The notes under the pieces: generated by a model
What the model was told of the DNA's origin: nothing
The model's input: the letters and a program-made list of their open reading frames with translations, nothing else
Database searches by the model: none
In this document: in pieces, positions 1 to 14,220 of the stretch
Layout of the letters: each line of letters begins with the position of its first letter
Position numbering within the stretch: the first letter of the stretch is position 1
Program-made: the position numbers and the translations under genes
Source of the DNA: Octopus sinensis
Lineage: Eukaryota
Reading direction: 5' to 3'
DNA: 64,000 nucleotides
Assembly (NCBI RefSeq): GCF_006345805.1
Contig: NC_043010.1
Location: forward strand, 7,316,001-7,380,000

Positions 1-264
1 TTACCTGCTCCTCAATTAACATGTGAGCAGCTGAACATTCCACAAACGAGTACACACTTAATATAATCCGTTGGTAGAACCAGCATAATGTAGTGAGATA
101 AGGCCATGCCTTTTAAATAAAGCCAGTTAATATCCACACAATTCTCATCAATCCAGTTTCACTCACAAGGTGTCAGTCATCCTCAGACTATGCAAAAAAA
201 CAAACCAGCACCAATTACCAAACAAAGGAGGGAAGGTTAGTACACACACACACAAACACATACA

Positions 265-410
265 ATGGGCTTCTTTCAGTTTCCGTCTACCTAATCCACT
301 TATATGGCTTTGATTGACATGAGACTATAGCAGAAGACATTTGCCCAAGGTACTATGCAGTGAGACTGAAGACGTAACCATTTGGTTGAAAAGCAAGCTT
401 CTTACCACAA
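265..410 (-). mobile_element. SINE family A, 5' (head) fragment
   Basis: Matches the reverse complement of the head of the full copies (e.g. 23420-23837): ttctttcagtttccgtctac...gcccaagg...cttaccaca. Confidence 0.8.
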
Positions 411-429
411 ACATATATATGTATATATA

Positions 430-480
<51 letters not shown>

Positions 481-646
481 AGTTCTAGTCCTGTAGAAGC
501 TCCTTCTATAAAATAAAAAATATATATATATATATATATTTATATATGCAGATAGATATATATATATATAGATAGATAGATAGCTAGATAGATAGACAGA
601 TAGATAGATATACATACACATATATACATACACATATATATATATT

Positions 647-692
<46 letters not shown>

Positions 693-701
693 TATACATA
701 T

Positions 702-749
<48 letters not shown>

Positions 750-752
750 CTG
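410..752. repeat. (TA)n-rich compound microsatellite
   Basis: Direct reading: long TA runs with a GATA/CATA interruption. Confidence 0.95.
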
Positions 753-1699
753 AGAAAGACTTACACACACTGCACATAAAACTATACCATCTGAGTGGTT
801 AGTGTTTCTATGTGTAAATGCATTTTTAATGCGTTCATGTGTTTATATTATACATGGTATATTGAAAGGTTTCCTGTTCTCTTAAACTCTGTTAAAATCA
901 GTACAGTAAGTGTATGTTTTTAGAAATATCATTATATCAATCCCTATTAAACCTTCATCATTGTATATACACTCATACAAACATGTGCATACATCACATG
1001 CACCTACACACATAAGTACACACATATGTATATGTGTGTGTATATGATTATATATATGTCTATATCAATATAGTCTACTGTATATTGCTATATCTATCTA
1101 TCTCTCCATGCATTTATACATACATATGTATATGTGTGTGTATATGATTATATATATATATATATATATATGATAATGATGATGATGATGATGATGATGA
1201 TATATATATATATATATATATAAACACACATATATATATATGACATTGCACACACACACATATATATATGCAAGTGTTCAGCCAGATGCAGATATATACA
1301 CACATGAACACAGACATGCATATTCATACATGGACACAATTACTTGTATTACAGTAAGTGTGTATTTGATAAATTGGCAGTGGAAATGATAATATCTATA
1401 ATGTAAATCTTTATAATATTGCGGCAAATTTTCGAATGACAGGATGTAATAATAATTGGTTTAAATACAGAGAGATTAAGAGAGGAAGTAGGAAAGAAAG
1501 TGTGTGAAAGAGAGAGAGAGAGAGTGAGAGAGAGTGAGAGAGTAAGAGTAGAAGAGAGAAAGGGATAGAGAGGAGGAGCTGAATGAGAGAGAGAGACACA
1601 CACACACACCACACACGCTGCTAGAAATTTATGTCAATAAATATGCATAGACAGGTATGGACATATATTTTTATAGTAATTCCTACAGAAATATTATAT

Positions 1700-1819
1700 A
1701 TATATCTATATCTATCTATTTGTCTATCTATTTATCTATCTATCTATCTACCTACCTACCTACCTACCTACCTACCTACCTACCTACCTACCTACCTACC
1801 TACCTATCTATCTATCTAC

Positions 1820-1897
<78 letters not shown>

Positions 1898-1900
1898 GTG
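1700..1900. repeat. (TATC)n/(TACC)n microsatellite
   Basis: Direct reading. Confidence 0.95.
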
Positions 1901-1987
1901 TGTATATATATGTGTGTGTATGTGTGTGCACATACATATATACATGAGAGATAGAGAGAGATAGAGAGAGAGAGAGTGTGTGTGTAT

Positions 1988-2018
<31 letters not shown>

Positions 2019-3253
2019 AGTACTTATACATGCACATCCATATTCATTTCTTTGCTATGACAGCCTTTTCTTTCTTGTAAAAATATAATTACAATTTTGT
2101 TCACCTTGATCAGTTTGGGTACATTACATTCTACCCTTCCTATCTGACAGCTATTTCAACAAGGTTTTACAGGAATATGTCCTTGTATTTTGTACATCAG
2201 TGGAAGAAGCAAGTAGCTACAGAAACATCCTGATGATATGGAAGTCTGCTGTAACTTACAAATAAGCATATTTTCTTTACATTGATGTGTTCTCGATTCA
2301 TTCTTCCCATTCATATATTATGCAAAGGCATTGATCATAGGCTCAACTTATGTCTAATTAGTTATAAAGCTATCAAAGTGAATACATGCCTCAATTAAAT
2401 AAATTGTGATGTTCCTTGTGATATGCTTTGTGATGTGCCTTCTGAGGGTCATATTTATCTAATTACTGCTTAATTTGCTCCAAAGTATTGCATGCTTTCT
2501 AAATTAATACATCTGCAAGTCAAGTGTGATGGAAAAATTTTCACCTCATGAGTTAGAAAATTTTTGTGTAAATAAAGATGCTTGTTTTACCTTTTCATTA
2601 CCGTATTTATTTTCAAATGCTCTGTGTTTCTTTCAATTAATTTTAAATATAACAAATAATTTAGTAAAACAACTTAGTAATCATTAAGCTAGTGTTAGGA
2701 ATGTAAATTGTGACTAAGATTTTGTGGAAGATTTTAATTCAAAATTTATGAAAACAAGACATTTGTACTACAGAGCCAGAGGCAGTTTCAGCTGGGTTGG
2801 TATCAAAAGAGTTAATTCCCCTTCTTTGAGGTGGCTACTTTATATTCTGTCCCTCGTGACTGACTGCTGTTTACAGCAAGGCTATGTAAGAACCAAGTTC
2901 TTTCCAGACAGTCTAAACAAGCAAACTGGAAGAAGATTCTCTACAAGTTCCCAAAGGTTACTGTAAAGGAAATATATGCATATTTTCTTAATGAATGCAT
3001 GCATGTATGTATGTATGTATGTATGTATGTATGTATGTATGTATGTATGTGTGTGTGACATTCTCTGTTTCATTTTATATATTTCACACAGACATTGATC
3101 ATTGTACCCACTAAAGTCTAATGAAATATAGTGTACTTTCAATGAATATATGCTTCAATTAGATGAACTAAGGTAAGCAATACGAACTGCAACATATGTG
3201 TTTACATACTATATACAACCACATACCACACATTTAGACACACACATACACAG

Positions 3254-3292
<39 letters not shown>

Positions 3293-3499
3293 GACACACA
3301 CACATACAGACACCAAACATATATGAAGGGCTTTTTTCAATTTCCCTCACATGTCCTCCCAAGGCATTGATTGGCTTGGAGCAGCAGTAAAAGTCACTTG
3401 CCTATGGTGCTGTGCTGTGAGATTGAACCAAAAATCACATGAATAAGTAGTGAACATTTCACATCCAAGCCATGCATATAGATATTTGCACACACCCAC

Positions 3500-3597
3500 A
3501 AGTATTTATGTATGCATGTATGTATGCAGGTATGTATGTATGTATGTATGTATGTATGTATGTGTGTGTGTGTATGTATGTATATATGTATGTATGC

Positions 3598-3630
<33 letters not shown>

Positions 3631-3797
3631 TGTATGTATGTATGTATGTATGTGTGTGTGTGTATGTATGTATGCAGGTATGTATGTATGTATGTTCTAT
3701 GTATGTATGTATGTATGTGTGTATGTGTGTGTGTATGTATGTATGTATGTATGTATGTATGTATGTATGTATGTATGTATGTATGTATGTATGTATT
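3500..3797. repeat. (TATG)n microsatellite
   Basis: Direct reading. Confidence 0.95.
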
Positions 3798-4244
3798 TCA
3801 GTAGACTGCTCAGCGTTGCTGTGGATGAGATAATTGCTCTGAAACTGATGCAACCATAATAAAATACACGCAGTACACTCAGAAGGGGAATCAAGCAATA
3901 GAGACTATATAAAATTTTAAATCAATGCATAAGATCAGAAATATTAAGTTCTTCTTTGGTTTTATATATGTATACACTGCATATGGATATATATATATAT
4001 ATTCTTTTATTCTTTTACTTGTTTCAGTCATTTGAATGTGACAATCCTGGAGCACCGCCGTTAGTCGAACAAATCGACCACAAGACTTATTCTTTGTAAG
4101 CCTAGTACTTATTCTGGCAGTCTCTTTTGCTGAACTGCTAAGTTACAGGGATGTAAACACACTAACATCGATTGTCAAGTGATGAAGCAGGGACAAACAC
4201 AGACACTCACACAAATATATACATACATACATATATATATATAT

Positions 4245-4460
4245 ATTTTGTGAAATAGAAAGATGAATAATCTTGTTGCAGATTAATCAAAAGTTTTTTC
4301 CAACAGAATTCCTATTTCTTCCTGAAGAGAAAGACACAATATGGTCTCCTTATTCAATCGGAATTTGGTAAATTGTGCCTTTCGAAACACGTGTAGAATG
4401 CAATAAAACGATTTCTGTTCAATCTTCGTTCAACTCCATTTCTTCAATTCACCAATAATA
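4245..4460 (+). mobile_element. Penelope-like pLTR fragment carrying a hammerhead motif
   Basis: CTGAAGA...GAAACACGTGTA core. The 3' part recurs almost identically in the palindrome at 59319-59526. Confidence 0.6.
4318..4400 (+). ncRNA. Candidate type I hammerhead ribozyme (Penelope-associated)
   Basis: ttc-CTGAAGA(4322-4328)-gaaag...ctttc(stem II)-GAAA(4384-4387)-C-ACGT-G-TA-gaa; palindromic stem III loop; GUA cleavage triplet. Folded by eye. Confidence 0.55.
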
Positions 4461-5249
4461 TATATATATATACATATATATAATAATTATTTGAGGGAAT
4501 ATTAATCCTAACTTACAGGGAAAGATTCAATTTAGAAATACTAACTCAAATTTCACACAATATAATATATATATATAAAAATTAGAAAAAAACACCTTTT
4601 ATCAATTCAAAATATATATATATATGACAGGATTCTTTCTATTACCAAATCCACTCACAAGGCTTTGGTTGGCCCAAGGCTATAGCAGAAGACACTTGCC
4701 CAAGGTGCCACACAGTGGGACTGAACTCAAAACCATGTGGTTGAGACACAAGTTTCTTACTACAGAGCCACTCCTGTATACATATATATATATATATATA
4801 TATATCTATATATATAATTGAAAATGAAGGGGAGAGTGGAGATTTATTCACATCCAAAACGTTTTATTAAAAAAGTTTTCTACAGCATATGTAACAATGA
4901 CCAACATATATTTCAACTGCAGCCACTGCACATTGCTCTGTATGCAATTATGCATCCTAGTCACTGCAATTTCATCAAGGGTCCATCACTTACAACGTTT
5001 CCAAAGTGAACTGATTCAAACAAGCTTCCTGCGTTGGTATTCAGTTGAAGGCTCTAGCTTTACTTTTTAAATCAAATTGAATTCCGGTCTTATAATCACC
5101 TCTACAGGTATTACAGTTGACTCGTGGTTTATAAAATGCTCATTCATATTTCAATCATTTTAGTATTCTTTGCAAAAATATCATTAATTATCACAATCAT
5201 TATATTAATGAGTATAATTATTATATATGATTATTTATATGTCTTTAAA

Positions 5250-5479
5250 TCATTTAAACATATATTTAATCCAATGTGGACATCTCGTAGCCTGTTCCAT
5301 TTTAGAGTTTATAATAGCATATTTAGAAAAGAAACTTTAGTACATTTCTTCCACACAAAAGTTAGATCTATTATTGTCTTTTGTATAAGGCTTTGCTTTA
5401 CTAATCATTTTCCAAGCAACCGAAATACTTTTTTACAATCTTCAAGTGCTCAAATTAGCATACTAAGGCCGGTAGTATT
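5250..5479 (-). mobile_element. Penelope-like element, decayed C-terminus of the GIY-YIG endonuclease region
   Basis: Translates (one frameshift, stops) to NTTGLSMLI*ALEDCKK..WKMISKAKPYTKDNNRSNFCVEEMY*...INSKMEQATRCPHWIKYMFK, matching the PLE pattern T-x-LS-x-x-IW...W-x-I...PY...C-x-LC-x-x-EK...LN-x-R-x-E...CxH. Confidence 0.7.
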
Positions 5480-5509
5480 CACATACACACACCTCTGTAT
5501 GTGTGTATG

Positions 5510-5603
<94 letters not shown>

Positions 5604-5686
5604 TACACACATATATGGCGGTGCCCCAGCATGGCCACAGCTCATTAGCTGAAACTGGAAAAATCAAAATCAAAATCAAATCATAT

Positions 5687-5729
<43 letters not shown>

Positions 5730-5735
5730 ATAGAT

Positions 5736-6122
5736 TGTGTGGTAAGAAGCTTGCTTCCCAACCATATGCTTCTGGGTTCAGTTCCACTGCATGGCACCTG
5801 GGGTGTCTGCTACTATAGCCTAGGGCAAGTCAAAGTCTTGTTAGTGGATTTAGTAGACGGAAACTGAAAGAATCCCATCGTGCATATATATGTATATATA
5901 TATATATCTATGTGTGTGTGTCTTTGTGTATGTGTTTGTCCCCACACCATTGCTTGACAACCGATGTTGGTGTGTTTATGTCCCCAAAACTTTGTGATTC
6001 AGCAAAGAGACCGATATAAGTACTAAGCTAACAAAGGAAAAGTCCTAGAGTCAATTTCTTTGACTAAAGGCAGTGCTCCAGCATGGCTGCAGTCAAAAAT
6101 GACTGAAACATATAAAAGACTA
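5736..6122 (+). mobile_element. SINE family A (tRNA-derived head, central TA/TG microsatellite, A-rich tandem tail)
   Basis: Colinear with the other copies; diverged. Confidence 0.85.
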
Positions 6123-6157
6123 AGTACTTATATGTATATATGTATAGATAATTATAC

Positions 6158-6199
<42 letters not shown>

Positions 6200-6275
6200 T
6201 ATATATATATGCATGTACATTTAAATATATAAATAGTAGTTAAGTTTCTATATTAATATATATATAATTATATAT

Positions 6276-6313
<38 letters not shown>

Positions 6314-6601
6314 TGTATATTATATATATATATATATATATGTATGTATACATATATATAATTTTATATATATAGACAAATATTTATGCATCAATACATA
6401 TAGACATACACATACCCACATGTACAAATTCACACACATTATCGGAATTATAGATAATCAATTACTGTGTATACATATATATGTGTGTATATGTGTATGT
6501 GAGAGTTCTTGAGTATGTTTGAGTGGGTGTTTGTGCTAACTGGACGTGTGTATGTGTGGTAGCTCATGTGTCTGGATATATTTTCTTATATAATAAGCAT
6601 A

Positions 6602-6817
6602 TATTCTTCTCTACTCTAGGTACAAGGCCCAGAATTTGTGGGGAGGGTGCCAGTCGATTAGATCGACCCCAGAACGCCACTGATACTTAATTTATCGACC
6701 CTGAAAAGATGAAAGAGAAAGTCGACCTTGGTGGAATTTGAACTCAGAATGTAAAGACAGACAAAATACCTCTGAGCATTTCACCCGGCGTGCTAACATT
6801 TCTGCCAGCTCGCCGCC
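6602..6817 (-). mobile_element. SINE family B, older tail variant
   Basis: Head ggcggcgagctggcagaaatgttagcacgcc...gagttcaaattcc shared with 17270-17500, but the 3' tail differs. Confidence 0.8.
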
Positions 6818-7344
6818 TTATATGATAACTATATATTGTTATAAGAGTATGCTCACTTACAAATATAAACAGTCTGACACATAGGCATATGTTTATATAC
6901 AAATAATGTGCAAAAATCAACATTACTTTTTTTTTATTGTTGCCTTCATACCCTGCCCGTTATATTATATATACATATGCATGTGTACAAGCTCTACATT
7001 ACTTTATAGATATGCACACTTACACAAACATACACACATACACACACATACATACATACACACATACATTTATTAGCTTTTCTCTTTTCTTAGTTGTACA
7101 TATTTAAAAACTTCTGAGTGAAAATTCGTAACTAGTACCTAAATTTCTAAACAGTTTAGTGAAACATTTTGTTTGAAACTTCACAGTTAGTAAAGAGGAA
7201 ATTTAAAAGAAAATTTCCCCAGGTAACAGGTATTTATTGTGCTTAAATATTACTTAGATGACATACACACAATATACACACATGTATATGAATGCTAATC
7301 TTTGTATCTTTATATTTCTATAGCCATCTAATTAAGTACGACAT

Positions 7345-7955
<611 letters not shown>

Positions 7956-9036
7956 ACTTTCTTTAGTTAATTGTTGGATTGTAAAATGTGAAGGATATCT
8001 CAATGCCTTAACTTGAAAATCGATCCTTGTTTCCATTAAAGAGTTTAGTTTCTATAGTTAATAAAGTTCTTATGTACACCTATTTCACTCCCCAACAAAC
8101 TATAGTAATGCAGTGAGTAAAACTTTCGCAGTGTTATTTACTTCTGTTTTGAATAGTACAATGAACAGAAGCTAACCTGCTGTTTGGGCCATAAGATATA
8201 TGGCAGTCTGACATGAATGGACCAAACACCACAAGGGTTTGAAGAATAATCAATAAAAATGGGTGCCTGGAGCTAAAAAAGCAATATTTAGAATACAGAA
8301 ATACATTCGGTTGCCTTTAAGACACAACCCGACACTTCTTAGTTGAGTAGTATTAGACTTTGGGTTTGTTTGTTTTTCTTTTTTTTACTTAAAGCACAAT
8401 ATAGTTAAATAGTTAAATAGTTTGTATTGTGTAGTGTCATCATTGTTGATAAATACAATTAAGTATGAATTTTTACTTTTACAGTGTGCAATATGTTGAT
8501 TTAATTTCCCTAAAATAATCAAGATAAAACATGTGGAAAGAAAAGAAAAAAAGAAGTAACATCAAATATAGCAACAACAAACAAATAAAAAAGAGAAGAA
8601 AACTATTATTAGCATTTCCAATGATTAATTACTATATGAATATAACAGTCTGTAAGACTTTACAAAATATTTTTAATTTCTATATAAGTATTCTGTCTTC
8701 AGTTTTACAATATGGTTTGTAAAACAAAAACAAAAAAAAGTGCACACACAGACACATACATATACATACACACATACATATACTCACATACACACACACA
8801 CACATACATATATATCTAAGTGTATAAATATGTATATATATATATATATGTATAACTATTACAGCATTGCAGATTTGTTACAAATTTTTTGCAAAATTAC
8901 TGTTAACAATGTGAATTATTTCTATGAGCACACCTGTATTACCTTGTAAAAACATAAGTGTGGTTTAATACAAAAAAAAGTCATGTTATGTATATATAAT
9001 ATATATATACATATATGTATATATATATATACTTAC

Positions 9037-9054
9037 TTGTATTACTAAATCCAT
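9037..9054 (-). CDS. Candidate first coding micro-exon (MDLVIQ), product unknown
   Basis: Minus strand reads aacagaaATGGATTTAGTAATACAA|GTAAGT: good start context and consensus donor, downstream of a promoter-like island. No downstream exon identified. Confidence 0.2.
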
Positions 9055-9324
9055 TTCTGTTTGTTGTTAGATGAAATGTGTATCCTGCTGTAGAGTTGTA
9101 CAGTTACTGCTGCTGTTGTGTTGGCGTGGTAGGAGAATTATATGGGCTGTTCTGTGTTGTGTTGTGAATAAGAGAGAGAGAGAGCGAGAGAGAGAGAGAG
9201 AGAAAGAGAGAGAGTGAGTGAAAGTGAGAATGAAATGGAAAAGAAAATAGAGAGAGTGACTGAGAAATATAGAGTGAGCGAGCAAAAAGAAAGAGAGAGT
9301 AAAGTAGAAAGAGCGGAGAGGGGC

Positions 9325-9430
9325 CTGTTCTCCTATTAAATGGAATATGTATTTAATATCTGCTGCTGCCAATGACAGGCTGATTGGGGCTTGCATGGGA
9401 GGAAATAAAAACTCTGCATTTAAATAGCAG
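9325..9430. promoter_or_regulatory. Promoter/enhancer-like unique island (paired CCAAT/ATTGG boxes around TGACAG, TATA-like elements)
   Basis: gccaatgacaggctgattgg plus tattaaat/tttaaatag motifs in non-repetitive sequence beside a (GA)n tract. Confidence 0.25.
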
Positions 9431-9580
9431 CACACAAGTCAATGTAGTCTTGAGTCATTTGTAATTTTGAAAACACAACCACATACACACATACAAACTG
9501 CATATGCAAGTGCATACACACATATACACATACACACATTCATATACATAAGCATACACATACGTATATAGCTATATTAC

Positions 9581-9830
9581 ATATACATACACCTTATACA
9601 TAAATGTATATATAAATTCACACACACACATATACATATACCTTATACATAAATGTATATATAAATTCACACACACACATATACATATACCTTATACATA
9701 AATGTATATATAAATTCACACACACACATATACATACACCTTATACATAAATGTATATATAAATTCACACACACACATATACATACACCTTATACATAAA
9801 TGTATATATAAATTCACACACACATATATA
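9581..9830. repeat. 49-bp minisatellite, about 5 copies
   Basis: ccttatacataaatgtatatataaattcacac recurs at 9592, 9641, 9690, 9739, 9788. Confidence 0.95.
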
Positions 9831-9844
9831 CGTATAAATATACA

Positions 9845-9882
<38 letters not shown>

Positions 9883-9927
9883 TATGTGAGTGCGTGTATA
9901 CACACATACACACACACACACACATAG

Positions 9928-9961
<34 letters not shown>

Positions 9962-10320
9962 TACTGTATGTGTATGAGGGAATCATTTTCATACATAGGA
10001 AGGGGAAAATTTTAGCAAAATTATGAGCATGTAAATTCTTTTATGAGCCTATATTCTGCACTGTATGTAAGAAAGCATGACCAAAAATGAGAATGTGTGA
10101 TGGTGCATATGTTTGATAGAAATGAATGTGCATATCTGAATATTTGTGCATGTGTATATGTGGGTGTGTGCATGTGCATTCGCACAAATATATCTATGCA
10201 TCCTTTCAATCCTTTTCCATCATGTGTGCATGTATACTACAGACACAAAAAAACACTTACACATATGCATATAAATACATAAGTACATGCAAATGTACAT
10301 ACATAGAAACATACACACAT

Positions 10321-10385
<65 letters not shown>

Positions 10386-11514
10386 AACATTACAAACCAT
10401 AAATAGCAAATTCTTATAATTCATTTTGAAAAAGCAACTACACACACATACACATACATGCACATGCACTCACACATACTCACACGCATACACACATATA
10501 GATAGATAGATAGATAGATAGATAAAGACAGATATTCACTCACACACATGAGAGGAATAGATGAATTATTTATTAACAAATTTATGTAACTTATATTGCA
10601 CAAGTAACTAATATGAGTAAGTATGTACACACATATGTATATATATGTATGTGTATGTATGTTTATATATATATATATATATATATAAATTTGTAAATAT
10701 ACATACATATACCAATATTTTTAAGTATATATGTATACATTATGCTTATGTTATGTGTGTGTGTGTATATATATATATGTATATATATACACATACACAT
10801 ATACACACAAATATATACACATGCACAAACATATAAGAATATATCTTTATAGTTATATATATATATATATTTATGTATGTAAGTATTTATAGTGATGCAG
10901 GAAGATGGGTTGGCAGGTGATGGAAGGAAGCTTCATTTGCTATTTATCTGTTTATTCAGTCCTATCAAATTTCCTTTATCTACAACACATAAGAAGATAT
11001 GTACTAATTACAAAGCCAAGAAACATCTGCCGGATCTTATTCAGAGAACACATATTTAATAATGCATATGAAAGAAAACTGCCCCATTAAATAAAAATTA
11101 ATTCTATCTTATGGTATTTGCAGTTATCTTCCGATGCACAATTTTTAAAAATAATTGTCAAAGAGAATGGGAAAAACTCATTTTTAGTAAAGAGGAAAAG
11201 GAATCTCTTCTTTCCAAATGGAAAATATATTGACTTAACATGAACACATTTTTATAATCTCTACCTGCAATTACAGGTATATTTTTAGTTGCACATAGTT
11301 CTTTCAAAAAGATTTCAGTAAAAAAAAAAAAAATGCTGCCGAAATAAAGAAAATTATTTTCTAAATTAGCTATTGTAGTTGAAGAGATATATAAAATTAG
11401 TAACAATTCATAAGTCTAAATGTAGTCTGTATTGAAAAAGTATATAAAATGTATATTTTTTTCTTGAATTGGAGTATATCATTTCTCAGAAACATAAAAC
11501 TATATTTTTTTCAT

Positions 11515-11532
11515 TGCAATATATATACATAT

Positions 11533-11569
<37 letters not shown>

Positions 11570-11950
11570 CATATATATATGTGTGTGTGTGGTGTATATA
11601 TATATACTTACATATATATATATATCTATGTATGCATATGTGTATGTGTATGTGTGTGTCCATGTACATACATATATAAATGTAGACATCTATATAAATA
11701 AATGTTCATATATATATGCATATATTCATATATACGTATATATGTGTGCGTGCATTATGTATATGTATCTATATGTATATATATATATGTGTATATATAT
11801 ATTTATGTATATATATGTATATATATATATAAGTATATATATAAGTATATATATGTATATATATATATAAATATATATATATATGTGTGTGTATATATAT
11901 ATGTACATACAAACACACATGTACACACACATACACACAAGCACACATAT
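11515..11950. repeat. (TA)n/(TG)n compound microsatellite
   Basis: Direct reading. Confidence 0.9.
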
Positions 11951-13990
11951 ATGTTAAGTCATGTATATGGAATTCATAGTGTAATTACAAAATTAACAAT
12001 CTAGCTAATTAAATAAAGGATCTTTAAAGAAAAAGTATCTCATGTAAGCATATAATATCAAACCAATCATGTATAATGATGAACCTAAGAAAAACAATAT
12101 TTCCTACAATGATGATGATGATGATGATAATATTGATGGTGGTGATGATGAGGAGGACAATGATGATGTTGATGATAAGGATGATGATTATGAGAGTGTG
12201 ATGATGAAATTGGTGAAAACAATGGTTATGAATTCTAGTTTTGAAATTAATATAACAATTTTTTAATGTTTTGCTACTGTAAATTAACTTTCATAAAACA
12301 AAGAAATTATCATGTATCACTCTAGATATTCAATTACTTTGTAGTAAAACACTATAATATATACTGTGTTTAAATGTTTTTATAAAGACAATAAAATCAT
12401 TAGTTTTCTTAGTGAACTTGACACAATGCATTAAATCACATTTGTACAGTAGCAACTGGCAAAGTTATTAGAGCATTGGATAAAGTCCCCTGTACTATCT
12501 GTTTTACCTTTCTGTGCTCTAAGTACAAGTCCTGTTGAGGACAATGTTGCTTTTCAAGGTCAATGAAATTAAGTATCATTCCAGAGTTGGAGATTGGTAG
12601 GACTATTAATGCATCAGTTGAAATATCTTGTGGCATGTTTTCTAGCTGTTTACGTTCTGAGTTCTTGAGTAACAGATTTCATCTGATGCCCAGCTAACAT
12701 CACCACTTAATCTTTGGGTATCTGTTGTAAGCATTTGGTGTTAGTCTCCAGTTTGAGGACAAATTCAATCTTTTCTGTTTTTGAAAGCCTTGAAAAACTA
12801 AAGAGACATGTGTATTGGCCTTGCCTCCATCATTAAATAGTAAAAAAAATAAATGTTAGATGAGCTTCCAGACTATTTTATGTTAAAAAAAGGCCCAAGC
12901 AAATGAAAATTTGTCCTGAACTTATAGTTTCATGAGGCTGCATTATCAATGCATTTAGTTCAAGACTTTCTCCTGTACAGGATGATAGTCCTTCATAAGG
13001 TAAAACTCCAAGGTGCCGCTGATACTCATTTACAGATGGGTGTAGTAGAGCAGTATAAAACAATGTACTTCCTTCAAAGGTACAATGTGCTTTCCTGTTT
13101 GAAAATTGAACCCACAAACTAGTAATCATAAACCCAACAGCCTAACCACAAGGCTGTGCTATTTCATGCAAGCAGGCTGCAAGAAGCATAGTGCAGTAAT
13201 CAAATATGATTTATGTTAATAATACTTTGAATGTAGCATTTCAGTACCAATGCTGTTTTGCTGTTGCAATGCATTAGCTGTTAAAATATATCTAAATAAA
13301 ATACTAGGTGAAATGATCTCATGGTTGCTTCCATGAGAATGTATTGTATTATTTCAGCTAACAAACTCATACACTCTAGAAAGATAAATTTTAACAAATA
13401 AAACATGGATTTTCAGTCTTTGTCTGTACCTAGCAAAAATCTGATTCCATAAAAGAATGCGACAAAATTTTGACACTAACTTGAAAATATAGAAGAAATA
13501 TTTAGGTCCATTTAATAGAATCTTATTGAAAACAGCAATAGTAGAAGAAATAGGCATCTATTGAAAATATTGGTTCAGTATAAAAAAGCAGCATTTATGT
13601 TTAACAGAAACCATTATTCTGCTTAAAACTTATTTCCTTTTAGTGATATCATGAAGCACATGTTTCTCCACTCCCTTTTTTATATATTAAAATCTTAAAT
13701 ATCAAAATATAGACAACATTAGTAATATGATATCCTCTCAGGAAATAACTACAATAACTGTATATTTCATTGAATTGCTAAACATTGGCAAGCTTTCATC
13801 TTTGTAAAATACACTCTTCTCTGGAAATGAAGTGTAGATGACACATGGCTTTCATAGGATTATGTACTGTTGTTAAGATAAAGAAATTTTCTAAAGAATT
13901 GAGAAAGATAACATGCTTAAAAGTTATCCCAAATAAACATTCTTTATAGTTGCAATTATTGCTCGAAAATTACAATAAAACGATGTAAAA

Positions 13991-14220
13991 ATTCTGTTGT
14001 GTCTGGGGAGAGTCATTTTCTTTTTGTGCCTTATTATTTAACACACTCACCGGTAAAATTTCCACTTTTTTTTCTTATTTTTATTGTCCTAAAAAGGTTG
14101 CAAGACGCAACGAAAATTTTAGGATAATAAAAATAAGAAAAAAAAGTGGAAATTTTACCGGTGAGTGTGTTAAATAATAAGACACAAAAAGAAAATTACT
14201 CTCCCCAGGCACAACAGAAT
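13991..14220. repeat. Inverted repeat, 104-bp arms, 22-bp spacer
   Basis: 13991-14094 is the reverse complement of 14117-14220 with 4 mismatches found by eye. Confidence 0.9.

Larger units (their letters stand above)
4002..4777 (-). mobile_element. SINE family A copy split by a Penelope-like insertion in its central microsatellite
   Basis: Tail at 4002-4210 and head at about 4625-4777 are colinear with full copies; unrelated sequence lies between them. Confidence 0.75.

Noticed and set aside
869-2266. Possible + strand exons RFPVLLNSVKIST (869-905) and YFNKVLQEYVLVFC...K* (from 2151)
   Set aside because: The phases do not join into the better-looking frame, the acceptor for the first is weak, and no homology was recognised.
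2882-2960. Minus-strand acceptor followed by NLWELVENLLPVCLFRLSGKNLVLT*
   Set aside because: Short, and no phase-compatible upstream exon was found; within chance expectation.
5124-5648. 174-aa + strand ORF
   Set aside because: It is the antisense of the Penelope remnant plus a (CA)n tract.
10960-11400. Stop-interrupted protein-like stretch (CQREWEKLIFSKEEKESLLSKWK...)
   Set aside because: Possibly a decayed transposase, but no diagnostic motif could be assigned.
12708-12790. Minus-strand acceptor followed by LSKTEKIEFVLKLETNTKCLQQIPKD*
   Set aside because: Plausible terminal exon, but isolated and unrecognised.
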